Shown: positions 42,128 to 54,473, counted from the first letter of the whole stretch. The stretch: DNA of 63,570 nucleotides, filler included, from Octopus bimaculoides (GCF_001194135.2; 4 parts of 4 records of this genome joined end to end with filler, not necessarily neighbours in it); one strand, 5' to 3'. A program made the numbers and translations. The notes: generated from the letters alone by a model not told the origin.

Positions 42128-42247
42128 AAAAGATTGTTTATTGATCCCTATACAAATATCAATGATGCTGTGGAATGTGATCTAGTTTTCCACCAACTTG
42201 TAGAAGATGTATTTGAACAAAGAATTCCTATTTCTTCACAAGATGCA
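42128..42247 (+). CDS. MyTH4-FERM exon: KRLFIDPYTNINDAVECDLVFHQLVEDVFEQRIPISSQDA
   Basis: ctttcag acceptor, GCA|gtaagt donor, 120 nt, phase 0 to 0. FERM F1/F2 boundary. Confidence 0.95.
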
Positions 42248-42854
42248 GTAAGTACTGTCTTGTACTCAACATTATTTATGGATCTTTCTTTTTTAATACC
42301 ATTTTCGAAATATCCCTGCATGATACATAAAGAAAGTTAGCTTCTTGCATTTTAGAAATATTAAAGAATACCAGTACTTGGCAAATTCGTAACTCTGTTT
42401 GATACAAGGCACAAGTGATCCCAACAGAATTTGAATTCAAAGCGTAAAAGACCCAAACCAAATACCTCAGGGTTTTGTTGAAGACTCTTGCAAATCTTCC
42501 TATTGACTTCCTGCTGCCAGTCTACCTTTCGTTGCCAACCCATCAAATGTTAAGAATGAAACCAAATTGTATATCAGTAATGCTGTTTAGTCACAGTTAT
42601 TACAGTTAAATAGATGGTACTGAGTTTGTAGATACAGTTGAACTGAACAGTTCCCAATTTCCACTGTGCTTTGACTTGAATTTTCATCATTATGTAGCCC
42701 AATAAAAGAAGTACCAGTAATATACTGGAAAAAGCCTACTTTTGCAAAATTTAGCTTTGAACCTTTATTAAAAAAAAAACCCCAAAAAACTAGATTTTGC
42801 TTGACATGACAACTTTCAAAGATAATACCTTCACCATTTCTTTTTATTCCCTAG

Positions 42855-42922
42855 GTCCGACTTTGTGCTTTAAAACTGCAGTCTGAGAATGAAGACATCA
42901 AGAGAGGGGAGACTGATTATAG
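42855..42922 (+). CDS. MyTH4-FERM exon: VRLCALKLQSENEDIKRGETDY(S)
   Basis: ccctag acceptor, AG|gtaaat donor, 68 nt, phase 0 to 2. F2 lobe helix. Confidence 0.9.
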
Positions 42923-43464
42923 GTAAATATTTTAGTTTTAGTGCTTTTATAAATTTAAAACTTATCCTTTCTCTCTTTTCCTAAAGTATTTATTCACATA
43001 ACATTGTCGTTTAATCCCAATCAGTGTATCAAGAAAAGAATTTGCATCATAATTGTCCTTTCTTTTATTCATTCATCATTTATCTTAAACTAATATGTTC
43101 TCTCTGCCTCTAAAATGGTAGATAAGACTTGGGATGATACACCTGCTATTTCTTGAAAATCAAGCAGATGCACAGAGGTTGCCTCGTTAGCTCACAATGG
43201 CTGTCTCATTGTCTAATATAGAGACTGTGACAATGCCTTACATAGAAGCCATCTCATTGACTCATATAGAGGCTATCCTTTTGGTTTATGCAGAAGTTAT
43301 TTCATTGGTATATATAGAGACTGCCTTACTGCATATGCCATATCATTTTGGATTATTCTGGATATTGGTAGGTGTCTGAACACCATCACTGCAATTATTA
43401 TCAACGCACACATACACACACACACACGCATGCACACACACACACACATGCATGCACACACACA

Positions 43465-43498
<34 letters not shown>

Positions 43499-43929
43499 AT
43501 ATACTGTTCTGTGAAGGTAAGATCAATGTGAGCACAGCCTGAAGATTGCATGAAGGCACCATACATGTTATAAAATGTTGTCTGAGTCATTTTCATTGCA
43601 TGAAACTACTAGTAGCTCATAAAAGTTTATACTGTTTTATTAAACTATGTGTATATATATATATATATATATANNNNNNNNNNTATATATATGGACATTA
43701 TTAATTATTAATGCTCAACTTGTTTCTTTTTGTTTTTTTATGTTTTGTGTTGATTTTATGGCTATGACTAACCACTTAACTGCCAAATAACAATGTTTCT
43801 TTTCGGACAGGCAACTGTGCTTTTCTGAGTAGCACTATACAATGGCTATAGTAGTCGGAACTTACAGCCATATAGACAGTTGTCCAGCACCAAAATGTCA
43901 TAAACATTGCATTTATTACATACTTGTTA

Positions 43930-44143
43930 CATTATTTAAATTCTTTAATATTCAAATTATTCTGTCAAATGTAAACCATGTATTATCTCACATCTTCAAG
44001 GTTTCAATGATGTGATTGTTTATTTTTGGGATGACATTGTAAGGTAGGTGTGAAAGGTTAGATGTGGCCAGTTTGAATTTAAAATATAAAACTGGTAGAA
44101 TATTTGGGTTGTATGTTGCCAGTTAAAATGCTAAAGGCTTAAC
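43930..44143. mobile_element. Degenerate piggyBac-like MITE, related copy near 59850-60020
   Basis: Right end atgctaaaggcttaa. Internal gatgtgattgttta...atgacattgta-x-ggtaggtgt is shared with 59.9 kb. Confidence 0.55.
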
Positions 44144-44296
44144 TAAGCTTATATTGTATTCATGTTTAGTAGATCATTCAATCATAATTCTACTTTGTCT
44201 AAATGTCTTGTTAGTTGAGCAAAGAAAGGTTTTGGATTTTCACTACCAACTGTAGAATTACATCAGTCAAAATATTCTCTTTTTTTTTTTCTCTAG

Positions 44297-44465
44297 TTCT
44301 GTAATGCGGATTCTACCTCGTGATATGCGGCCTCAGGTAAAAGTAGAAGAAATCCAAGCAGCTTATAAAATGCTAAATGATGTCTCACCTCAACAAGCTA
44401 TCATGTCCTTTATACAATTGTTGAAGGTTTGGCCCCTTTTTGGCTCAACTGTTTTTGAAGTGTCT
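44297..44465 (+). CDS. MyTH4-FERM exon: (S)SVMRILPRDMRPQVKVEEIQAAYKMLNDVSPQQAIMSFIQLLKVWPLFGSTVFEVS
   Basis: Poly-T ctctag acceptor, TCT|gtaagt donor, 169 nt, phase 2 to 0. WPLFGS FERM signature. Confidence 0.96.
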
Positions 44466-44942
44466 GTAAGTATTTCTGATTGTTATAATGACATATCACA
44501 CCGACATGTTGCTACAGACATAACATCAATGATATTCCACTGATACCACTAACACAATACAAACATTAACACTTTCACTGATATAATAGTATTGGTGACA
44601 CACTTATATTGCCTTATCACTCCTGACACTCTTCATAACTAACCTGTTGTTTACCTCTTACTGCTATCTTTGTATTTCTAATATGCAATGTCAACACCAC
44701 ATATCAAACCTGCACTGGTTCTAAGAACAGAAAATAGAGAAACTGTTCTTTCATGTGGTTATACCACATATTTCTCCATCAACACCTCAAAGACAGTCAC
44801 TGTAAATTTCAAGACATTGGTATTGTACTCTTCCTCTAAATATCAATAGCATACAACCAGAATTTTTGAGTTGACTACAAACATAAGGCCTCACTATCAT
44901 GAATGCACTCTCCTGGTTGATACGCATTTTTAATGCACCAAT

Positions 44943-45165
44943 GACTTTAAGGCAGTGAACTGGCAGAATCATTAGCATACCAGGCAAAATGCTTAGTGGC
45001 CTTTCATCTGTTTTAACGTTCTGAGTTCAAATTCTGCTGAGGTTGCCTTTGCCTTTCATCCTTTCAGGGTTGATGAAATAAGTACCAGTTGAGTACTGGG
45101 GTCGTTGTAATCGACTTACCCCCTCCCCTGAACTTACTGGCCTTCTGCCAAAATTTGAAACAAAT
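44943..45165 (+). mobile_element. SINE family A, CpG-decayed intronic copy
   Basis: Aligns to the 28190 copy with CpG to TpG/CpA changes at most CpG positions. Confidence 0.88.
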
Positions 45166-46633
45166 ATATCAAAGACTAACCTTCTTCTTCAGTACCAGAA
45201 GTTACTTCAGTTACCAATAATCACTAGCACTACTAAATTCAAGTGAAACCTATAATGGAATTCTGCTGCTACAAGCAAGAGTCTCTCAATTTATTAGTAT
45301 AAAGTCACATACCAGCACATTCCATATTCTGGCCCACTGATATACTGTTTCCTTTCCCTCTACCTTTTCTACTGCTTGTATTGTAGCCTCTGCTCCTTAG
45401 AGCCGGCTAGTCTTGTATCATCTCTACTTAGATATTCCTGACTCACTAATAGTTTACTTTCTTGTCATCCATACTGTGCCTATTTCATGCTTTATACTGT
45501 CAAGTCTTTCTTCCCCAGACTGTTGATTCTCTGGAATATCTTCTCAGTTCATGATTTTCCTGTAACCAACAACTTACAACCAATCAACAGGAACATCAAA
45601 CCACATGATCTCACCAGTCTTTGATCATGGCTGTACTCCCATCTTCCAAATCAAATCATTAAATAAAATAAAAAATATCCTATATTAAGCAAAATAATTT
45701 GCTATGTATTGTACCTTACATAATATTACAATACAGTGCCATTACCTTCTTGTTGATATGTAACAAATCATTTTAGATTTTATATTTTGGCCTCTTGCAA
45801 CTGCATTGATTTAGCTAAAAGTTATATTAATGTTACTGACATTCATATACCATTGCTTTATTTATTGTAACATCACTACTGTGTATATCTTGTACAAAGC
45901 AGAGATTTAACAATAACAAAATAAAATTTGGCTTTTGTGCAAGTGGTAAGAGTAGTGTTCAATGAGGAACAAGGGATTAGAGGAATCATGAACAACGAAG
46001 TCACAATGAATGAGACAGTTGTCCTCAATTCAAAACAAATGATAGTCAAGCAGTTGCTTAGGTTGGAAAAATTGGAGTCAGAAATTTAGAGGGCTGAGCA
46101 ACTGGAGGTCTTTGTGGTTGATGTCCATTTAATTGGAAGATGTAGATAATGAAAAGAATGGATTCTTCCACAATACTTCTGTCTTATTCTACCCTTAAAA
46201 ATGTTAGTCTCTATTTCTCATGATGCACCAATAGCTCTTTTTTTCATATTATTTAAAAAGTTCATACCAATGCAGATTATCATCATCTTACCAATCCCAT
46301 CACTGACCATTCTAATATCACTCTACTGGTCCCTATATCATCATCATCATCATCGTCATCATCATGTGTTACACAAATGTTTCAATCTGCTGTTATTGCA
46401 GAACTTAAATCAGTGTAATTGACATTAAATATCTGTGACACAGCAAAGTTGTTGCTAAAGCAAGCAAACTGAAGTTTTCTTTGTCAACATAATCACATTT
46501 TGTTTCATATGTCAAACGATATATGACACTCTCTATGTGGCACACCACTCTATACAACACACTGCAGCCAGCCATTATTTTTATATATATATTCTTCATT
46601 TCTTATAACTGGAATATTTTTCTTTTCTTTTAG

Positions 46634-46717
46634 CAATCTTATACATCAAGTTTACCAAAGACATTGCTTTTAGCAGTGCATCAGCATGGCATTCACTTTC
46701 TAGAGCTGAAGTCCTTT
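46634..46717 (+). CDS. MyTH4-FERM exon: QSYTSSLPKTLLLAVHQHGIHFLELKSF
   Basis: cttttag acceptor, TTT|gtaagt donor, 84 nt, phase 0 to 0. F3 (PH-like) LAV-x-x-x-GIH motif. Confidence 0.94.
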
Positions 46718-48055
46718 GTAAGTATAACGAAATTGGACAAGCTTTATTAACAAATCAGATTGGTTATTCCTTTTCTATCCCAGACACTCATATATCACAT
46801 TTTAATCTAAAATCCAAAGATTTAGTGCAGTGTGAAGCAAGTAAAATTCATTACTTTACAGATTTCCCATGTTCTAGATCTATAGGCCATTCTATTGATA
46901 CTTTATTCTGCCTTTCAAACTTTCTGTGGTGAATGTACAAATAATTGTATATTTAGGGTTGATTATATCAACTTTCGCTTCTCTTCTATAAAAATTAGTC
47001 TTTTGCTCTGTCAGAAGTAAGCAGGATTAACTCATTCTGTCATTTCTATGGTTATTCTTGGCTCTACCAAGTCAATGAAGGAAACTGCTATGCATCTGCT
47101 CAGCATACTAGGAATAGCAGCCAAATCGCCCTCATATCACACCCTATCATGTAAAACATGAAAAAAGTATGGAAGGGTATGTGAAATAAGTGGATACAGG
47201 ATTCCTAAAACCAAGGTAGGGTGGTCACAGCTGGAATGCCATTGATCATCTGCCTGTTCAGTCTAGGTCATCTAGAGATTACATTGTTGAGTTTCAACTG
47301 ACCAAATCCACGTTAGTGTAGAAATATTGACTGAAATATCGATTATATCACATCACTGTTATTTATGTTGTGACATCGTCATAATTGAGGTTTTTCAGGG
47401 AGACAATGGAATTCTGAGTTCAATTTTCTCTCGTGTGTTTGAGGAAGGAAATAAAGAATTGTTTCAATACTCAGCTTTTGGATAGAGACTCTAATTCCTT
47501 TATTCAGTTGGATTCAGGCCCTGGATGTATGAAATGTAACAAAACATTCTTTATTAAACTCATCTTTTCATGAATTTATCATGTGAATATCTTATTGAGC
47601 TATGAAAGGTTTTACAACCACAGTGAGGCAATGATTATTGAAAAATGATAATTTCATCTCATAATTGGAATTTAATAATATTTTAATACTCTAAAGTTCA
47701 TTGTATCATCATCATCATCATCGTTTAACGTCCGCTTTCCATGCTAGCATGGGTTGGACGATTTGACTGAGGACTGGCAAGCCAGAAGGCTGCACCAAGC
47801 TCCAATCTGATCTGGCAGAGTTTCTACAGCTGGATGCCCTTCTTAACGCCAAAAACTCTGAGAGTGTAGTGGGTGCTTTTACATGCCACCGGCACGAGGG
47901 CCAGTCGCACGGTACTGGCAACGGCCACACTCAAAAAGGTGTTTTTTATGTGNNNNNNNNNNNNNNNNNNNNNNNNNNNNNNNNNNNNNNNNNNNNNNNN
48001 NNNNNNNNNNNNNNNNNNNNNNNNNNNNNNNNNNNNNNNNNNNNNNNNNNNNNNN

Positions 48056-48091
<36 letters not shown>

Positions 48092-48354
48092 TGTGTCATT
48101 CTCTTTTGAAGCCTTAAACAAGCCAAACTAATAAAACATCATATCTTGTGCACACTAAAATCTACTGTAGCAAATCTTCTGCTCATTTGACTTATGCAGT
48201 ATTTAGCATACCTATTGGCTTGTCATCTTCTATATTAATTTTTATGTTGTAATTTAAAAGTCCACACCTGAGAGATGCTCATATCTGTTGAATCATTTAA
48301 CAACATAGCTAAAAACTCAGCTACATACAAATATTCTACCAAATATTTTATTGG

Positions 48355-48838
48355 TCAGTGTACTCAGAGGTGTGCAGCAGACCACACAGGGTGGAAAGGT
48401 GACTGGCAAGGTGGCTGAGTTCCTTTTGAGCATTAGGCTTCATAGAGGCAAAGTGGCCAAGCTCCTGGGCCTCATAGAGGCAAAGTGGCTGAGTTCCTTT
48501 CGAGTGTTGGGTCTCATGGAGGTGAGGGGGCTAGGTTCCTTTTGAGTGTTGGGCCTCACGGGGACAATGACCAAGACCTTTGGCATTATGTTGTGCTTGG
48601 GATGAAAACCCATCTAGCTGAGTAAAATTGCAGTCATGGCAGATACTGGTGTCATGCAAATGGCGCCTGGTGCCAGTGGCCTGTAAAAGCACCCATTACC
48701 CTCTCAGAGTGGTTAGTGTTAAGAAGGCCATCCAGCCATAGAAAACCATGCCAAATCAGACTGGATCCTGGTACAGCCTTCCAGTCAAACCACCCAACCC
48801 ATGCCAGCATGGACAACAGATGTTAAATGATGATGATG
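48355..48838 (+). mobile_element. RTE-derived non-autonomous element with internal 42-bp tandem array
   Basis: About 4 units of gtggctgagttcctttcgagtgttgggcctcatagaggcaaa, then RTE 3' UTR and gatgttaaatgatgatg tail. Confidence 0.8.
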
Positions 48839-50016
48839 TTTACTGTAGTTGAAGGTTATATTATATTTAAACAAGGGGTGGACCAATTTGGCTACTGCAG
48901 AAGATGGCCCAAATGTATGCTACAGCACTGACAAATTTTACTTGGCATCAGCATACCTAGTGGGAAGAATTAGATATGAGACTTTTCTGCCATTTTAGCT
49001 GAGCTTTTTGAACAGTTTTAGCTTTACTATTTCTCTATTTAGAGAAAATTTTGTTGAAAAAGAAAAGGATTTTAAATCAAAATAATGTAACTACTCCATG
49101 TTGTCCCAATTTCACAAGATTACAGTCTGGAATGTGTATCCCATTTTTAAAAAATTCTCTGTAAGATACTGAACAACATTAGTTTCTCATATTCACCTTT
49201 TTAAACTTAATTCTAATAATTTTCTGGCAATTAAAGCGGAAATGTCATGATTCTAATACCATTCTTTGAAAGACTTACCAAATAATTGTTCGTCAATTAA
49301 ATCTAACTACAATGTCCTTAATAACTGCCATTATTGTTCAGCTAAATTATAACCAGAACTATGTTAGGGATCATGGAACTAAAGGAAAGAAATTTTTGAC
49401 ATATTCAGCCTTTTCCTGATTTGAAAAAAACATCATTATTTAATATCCTTTTTCCATGCTTTTATGGGCTGGACTGTTTGACAAGCACTGGCAAACTAAA
49501 CTGAGGGGCTGTGGCAAGCTCTGTTGTCTCTTTAGCATGGTTTGTACAGCTACTAGATGTTTTTTTTTTTTTTCATGGCTCAAGCGTTTGTGGGGTCATG
49601 GAAGATAATGAGGAATGGGTGTGGTTCTAACGATGGAGTATAGCAGAGGGGAGAGAGAATATGACTGAAGGAAGGTAATGAGGAATGGTAGTGGTTTGGG
49701 GGTTGGAGAGGAAAGACAGAGGTAACAAAAGGGAGTTGGGTGTAGTATGTGCTTATTCTGCTCTCAGATTAAATAATATGAGATAAAGAAATGATGAGTG
49801 TTAGGGGGTGAGATGTGGGAGAATCTTTACAAAACAGTGAGAATAGAGATGGGGCAGAGCTCTGCAGATACAAGAATTTACTGAGGTGGTCGTAAGATAT
49901 CAGTTCTGTTGCTGTGGACATGTTTTCTCAAGCACAGCAAGGCACCAGATATCTTGGTCCTAAAACTTGAATGATGTAAAAAAAAAAAATCTCTGTAATA
50001 TTACAAGTTACTAATT

Positions 50017-50404
50017 GTGTGTTGTTGGCACTTCATCGCTTACGACATCGAGGGTTCCAGTTGATCCGATCAACAGAACAGCCTGCTCGTGAAATTAATG
50101 TGAAAGTGGCTGAGCACTCCACAGACACATGTACCCTTAACGTAGTTCTCGGGGATATTCAGCGTGACACAGTGTGACAAGGCTGACCCTTTGAATTACA
50201 GGCACAACAGAAACAGGAAGTAAGAGTGAGAGAAAGTTGTGGTGGAAGAGTACAGCAGGGTTCGCCACCATCCCCTGCCGGAGCCTCGTGGAGCTTTAGG
50301 TGTGTTCGCTCAATAAACACTCACAACGCCTGGTCTGGGAATCGAAACCGCGATCCTATGACCGCGAGTCCGCTGCCCTAACCACTGGGCCATTGCACCT
50401 CCAC
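50017..50404 (-). mobile_element. SINE family C, tail variant 2, full length
   Basis: tRNA head, (CAA)-type tail, 14-bp TSD acaagttactaatt (50003-16 and 50405-18). Confidence 0.92.
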
Positions 50405-50696
50405 ACAAGTTACTAATTAGGCCTATGTTAAGTCTCTTACTTAGTATAACTTGCTACAAAATACTAGCAAATACTAATTCAACTCTCTAAGGGCATTTGT
50501 AAAGGGTTATTGGATCCAGCTATAGCTGTTTGATCTCTATGTGAACACTCATATTGTTAGAGATCTGTATACATAGTCTTGAAGATCAAAAGGTCCATAA
50601 ATCTAAATTTTACATATCAGTCATATAGTTCACAAATTAAGATAGAAACATTGATACATGACTTTGTTATACTTTAGTCGAGAGCTATATATATAT

Positions 50697-50827
50697 AAGT
50701 ATATTTGCCACTTAAATGCGGCTAAACCCTAAGGGTGAATGTTACTGTTGCTTTTAGCCCCAGGGGCTAAAAGCAACAGTAGCATTCACCCTTAGGGTTT
50801 AGCCACATTTAAGTGGCAAATACACTT
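50697..50827. repeat. Near-perfect palindrome, 65-bp arms, 1-nt centre
   Basis: Arms are reverse complements around a50762 with 3 mismatches. Confidence 0.95.
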
Positions 50828-50980
50828 CACGTTGTCGTGCAGTTACTGTTTATACCTTGTTCAGAGATTTAACATTATATATATATACTCACATATATTT
50901 GCTGGGATTTGCTTAACTTATGGACATTACACAGTCTAGAAATTACTCCTCATAAAACGTATATCAATTTTTCATTGCAG

Positions 50981-51100
50981 AAAGTCATCTCTTCATTTTC
51001 ATACTCAGAAGTTGCTCATTCCAGTCCTTCTTTGACCAGTATAATGATTGTTATTGGTCATGTTGCCAAAGGATCCAAATATATGTTTAATACCAATCAG
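50981..51100 (+). CDS. MyTH4-FERM exon: KVISSFSYSEVAHSSPSLTSIMIVIGHVAKGSKYMFNTNQ
   Basis: ttgcag acceptor, CAG|gtaaaa donor, 120 nt, phase 0 to 0. FERM F3 strands. Confidence 0.92.
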
Positions 51101-51490
51101 GTAAAACTGAACTTTGACCTCCTTGTTATTCTTTTTTTAAATTCTCTTATTGGTTTTTCGGTCATTGGACATTGTACACGCTAATTTGTAATAAATATTC
51201 TTTATTTACTTTATGTTGTGTATTTGAGGCTTCATTCTACCTGCTTTCTTAATTCACACAGACACCTGTTGAGCTGTTGTGCACTCATCAGTGATTAAAT
51301 ATCGCATTTAGGTCAACTATAATTTTGCTGCCTTGCTTCATGTGCAGCGCTGATAATTTCTTTAGTTCAATAGAAAGATCAATTGGCATTACACAATGTA
51401 TACACACACACACATGCATACACACACAAACAAACATACATGCATATACATACACACACACACATTTCATTAACATAAATTGACTATTGT

Positions 51491-51870
51491 GGAGGTGCAA
51501 TGGCCCAGTGGTTAGGGCAGCGGACGCGCGGTCGGAGGATCGCGGTTTCGATTCTCAGACCGGGCATTGTGTGTGTTTATTGAGCGAAAGCACCTAAAAG
51601 CTCCACGAGGCTCTGGCAGGGGGTGGTGGCGACCCCTGTTGTACTCTTTCGCCCCAACTTTCTCTCGTTNNNNNNNNNNGCTCTGGCAGGGGGTGGTGGC
51701 GACCCCTGTTGTACTCTTTCGCCCCAACTTTCTCTCGTTCTTTCTTCCTGTTTCTTGAGTAACACTGCGATGGACTGGCATCCCGTCCAGCTGGGGGGGG
51801 GGGGACACATACACCATAGAAACTGGGAAACTGGACCCATGAGCCTGGCTAGGTTTTAAAAGGGCGAAAA
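51491..51870 (+). mobile_element. SINE family C, tail variant 1 (small gap with duplicated overlap inside)
   Basis: ggaggtgcaatggcccagtggttagggc head; tail matches the 4043 copy. Confidence 0.9.
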
Positions 51871-52226
51871 AATAAAGTTTTTAAAAAATTGAGTATTAGT
51901 TATATAATCAAAACTTATTGTCAAATCGTCAGAGATGTGTAACTTTTATGTCACACTATTGAACTGGAAGGATGGTGACAGAATTAACCATTGTGATGGT
52001 GAGTGACTGTTGCACAGTTTAAGGTTAAGGCTGCTTTGGATGAAATACATATACATGTGTGTGTATATATGTTTGTGTATGTATTCAAAATTGACATATT
52101 GTTAAGGCAAAAAAACACTGATTGTATGGAGACAAGAAGAGTTGTGGACACCTGTTTCTGCCTCAGTAGGCATCGCCAGCACAGCAGTTACTCTCTCTTA
52201 GTTGCATCAAAATTTATCACTTAGAC

Positions 52227-52522
52227 CAGGGGTTTTCAAACTGTGATCTGCGGACCACAGGGGGTCCGCAAGGACAAGACAGGGGGTCCGTAGACAGCAA
52301 ATACTTTTTATGGGCAATTTGATTTTATATATGTTTTTTATCGAAATCTTTTAATTGACAATAAACCTATTTGTTAAATACTGTTAAATAAATAAATGCA
52401 AAAATATATGTTATTCTAAGCAAATATTTATGTATAAATTTCATAAGCGTTTATAAAGGGGTCCCTAAGTTAAAGCCTGAAATATAAAGGGGTCTGCAAG
52501 TCAAAAAGTTTGAAAACCCCTG
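52227..52522. mobile_element. hAT-type MITE, 296 bp
   Basis: Perfect 16-bp TIR caggggttttcaaact / agtttgaaaacccctg, perfect 8-bp TSD acttagac. Confidence 0.95.
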
Positions 52523-53070
52523 ACTTAGACATATACAGCAGAAAAAGTAGAACACATCTATGGCTCCAGTAATTAGCATAAATAAAAGGAAAATGAGCTG
52601 AGAGAAATAACTCAGAGTAGCTAATTGCAGTTTCAATAAGCTGAGAATTTATCTTGTGTGATATTCAATATGCCTTTATTTGTCTTTTGTTATTAAATCT
52701 ACCAATCAACTGCCTTGGAATGGTGCATTTTTTTGGACCCTGGAAAGATCAGGCAATGCTGACTTGATAGGACTTAAATTCAGGGCACAGAGTCAGAGCA
52801 AATAATGTGAAGTTTTCACCTGACACTCTAACGACTTTGTCAATATGCCTACAAGAACCATCATCAACATATAACATCCATCTTCCATACTTGCATAGAT
52901 TGGATCATTTGACAGGAGCTGGTGAGCCAGAGGAGTGCACCAAGTTCCAGTGTCAGCTTTGGTATGGTTTCTATGGTTGGGTACTCTTCCTAACACCAAC
53001 CACTTTACAGAGTGTAATGGATACTTTTTATATGGCGCCAGCAGCAAGACCCTTCAACATTATATACATA

Positions 53071-53460
53071 TATTGTTGTTGTTGTTGGCACTCCGTCGCT
53101 TACGACGTCGAGGGTTCCAGTTGATCTGATCAACGGAACAGCCTGCTCGTGAAATTAACGTGCAAGTGGCTGAGCACTCCACAGACACGTTTACCCTTAA
53201 CGTAGTTCTCGGGGATATTCAGCGTGACACAGTGTGACAAGGCTGACCCTTTGAATTACAGGCACAACAGAAACAAGAAGTAAGAGTGAGAGAAAGTTGT
53301 GGTGAAAGAGTACAGCAGGGTTCGCCACTATACTCTGCTGGAGCCTCATGGAGCTTTAGGTGTTTTCGCTCAATAAACACTCACAATGCCCGGTCTGGGA
53401 ATCGAAACCGCGATCCTATGACTGCATGTCCGCTGCCCTAACCACTGGGCCATTGCGCCT
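53071..53460 (-). mobile_element. SINE family C, tail variant 2, full length
   Basis: Highly similar to 50017-50404. 17-bp TSD tcaacattatatacata (53054-70 and 53461-77). Confidence 0.93.
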
Positions 53461-53643
53461 TCAACATTATATACATACATACACACACACACACATATAC
53501 TCAAACACACACATATATAACATATGCACATGTATTGTATTTTTGTATTAATATTTTTCTTAAAATTGTTCTTGAATACTTCAATCTTAACTATTCTCAG
53601 CTGCTTTCATTTCTCATGTCTTCTTGTTTCTTTTTTTCTGTAG

Positions 53644-53790
53644 GCAACTCAAATTTCTCAGTTGATCAAGGATTATGTTGAAGAATTACGTTATCGCTCT
53701 GTCTCAATGCAAGCCAGTTGCCATAACCCTGACATTAGCAGTGGTGCAGATGTAAGAGAGTCAAGCAGGAATTACCACGATACAGGCTAG
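53644..53790 (+). CDS. MyTH4-FERM terminal coding exon: ATQISQLIKDYVEELRYRSVSMQASCHNPDISSGADVRESSRNYHDTG*
   Basis: ttttctgtag acceptor. I-S-Q-L-I-x-D-Y final FERM helix, TAG at 53788-53790. The ten exons total 1050 nt (349 aa plus stop). Confidence 0.88.
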   Translation, partial: ATQISQLIKDYVEELRYRSVSMQASCHNPDISSGADVRESSRNYHDTG

Positions 53791-54272
53791 CTAGCATTTT
53801 ACACCATAAAGCTTGTTCGTGTAGGATCTACAGTAAAACAAACTCTAAAATACACAAGTCACAACTGAATTCCAACAAAGCAAAGTGCTTGGACAATGAA
53901 TCCAATAATTCAGCTGAGCTGTGCTGCTCCTAACTTATACCGATTCCATCTTCTTTCAGTTTTCTATTCCCCCATCCAATGACTGTGACCCTGTGAAGAT
54001 GATATGGGGGAATCTGTTGCAACTGTTTTATAATAGTGGTGCATTCAAAGCTACTGAGCTTTTGTCGAGGACATTGTCTTCATTCCCTAGCCGTTAACTA
54101 TTTGGGAACAAATACTGTTTGTTTTGTTTTCTTTTCTCTTTGTTTTTTTTTTGTTCCCTTCCTCCCAGTAAATGAAACTTGTAGAGAGTTATTCATTTCT
54201 TCAAGCTCTCTCTGAGTTACGGTTTTATTGTACTTATATATATATACTCACATATATATATATCTTTGTATG

Positions 54273-54317
<45 letters not shown>

Positions 54318-54417
54318 NNNNNNNNNNNNNNNNNNNNNNNNNNNNNNNNNNNNNNNNNNNNTTAATTAATTAANNNNNNNNNNNNNNNNNNNNNNNNNNN
54401 NNNNNNNNNNNNNNNNN
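54318..54417. other. Synthetic assembly spacer 44N-TTAATTAATTAA-44N
   Basis: Same format as 31459. Confidence 0.95.
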
Positions 54418-54473
54418 ATATATATATATATATACACCCACCTAGGCAGAACAATATTAATTATTTCTTAGTA

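Noticed and set aside
51255-51295. Minus-strand CTGATGAG...GTC
   Set aside because: GAAA is missing and stem II is poor.
51600-51740. Apparent ~60-bp tandem duplications around 10-N gaps (also 41230-41310)
   Set aside because: Contig-end overlaps left unmerged by the assembler.
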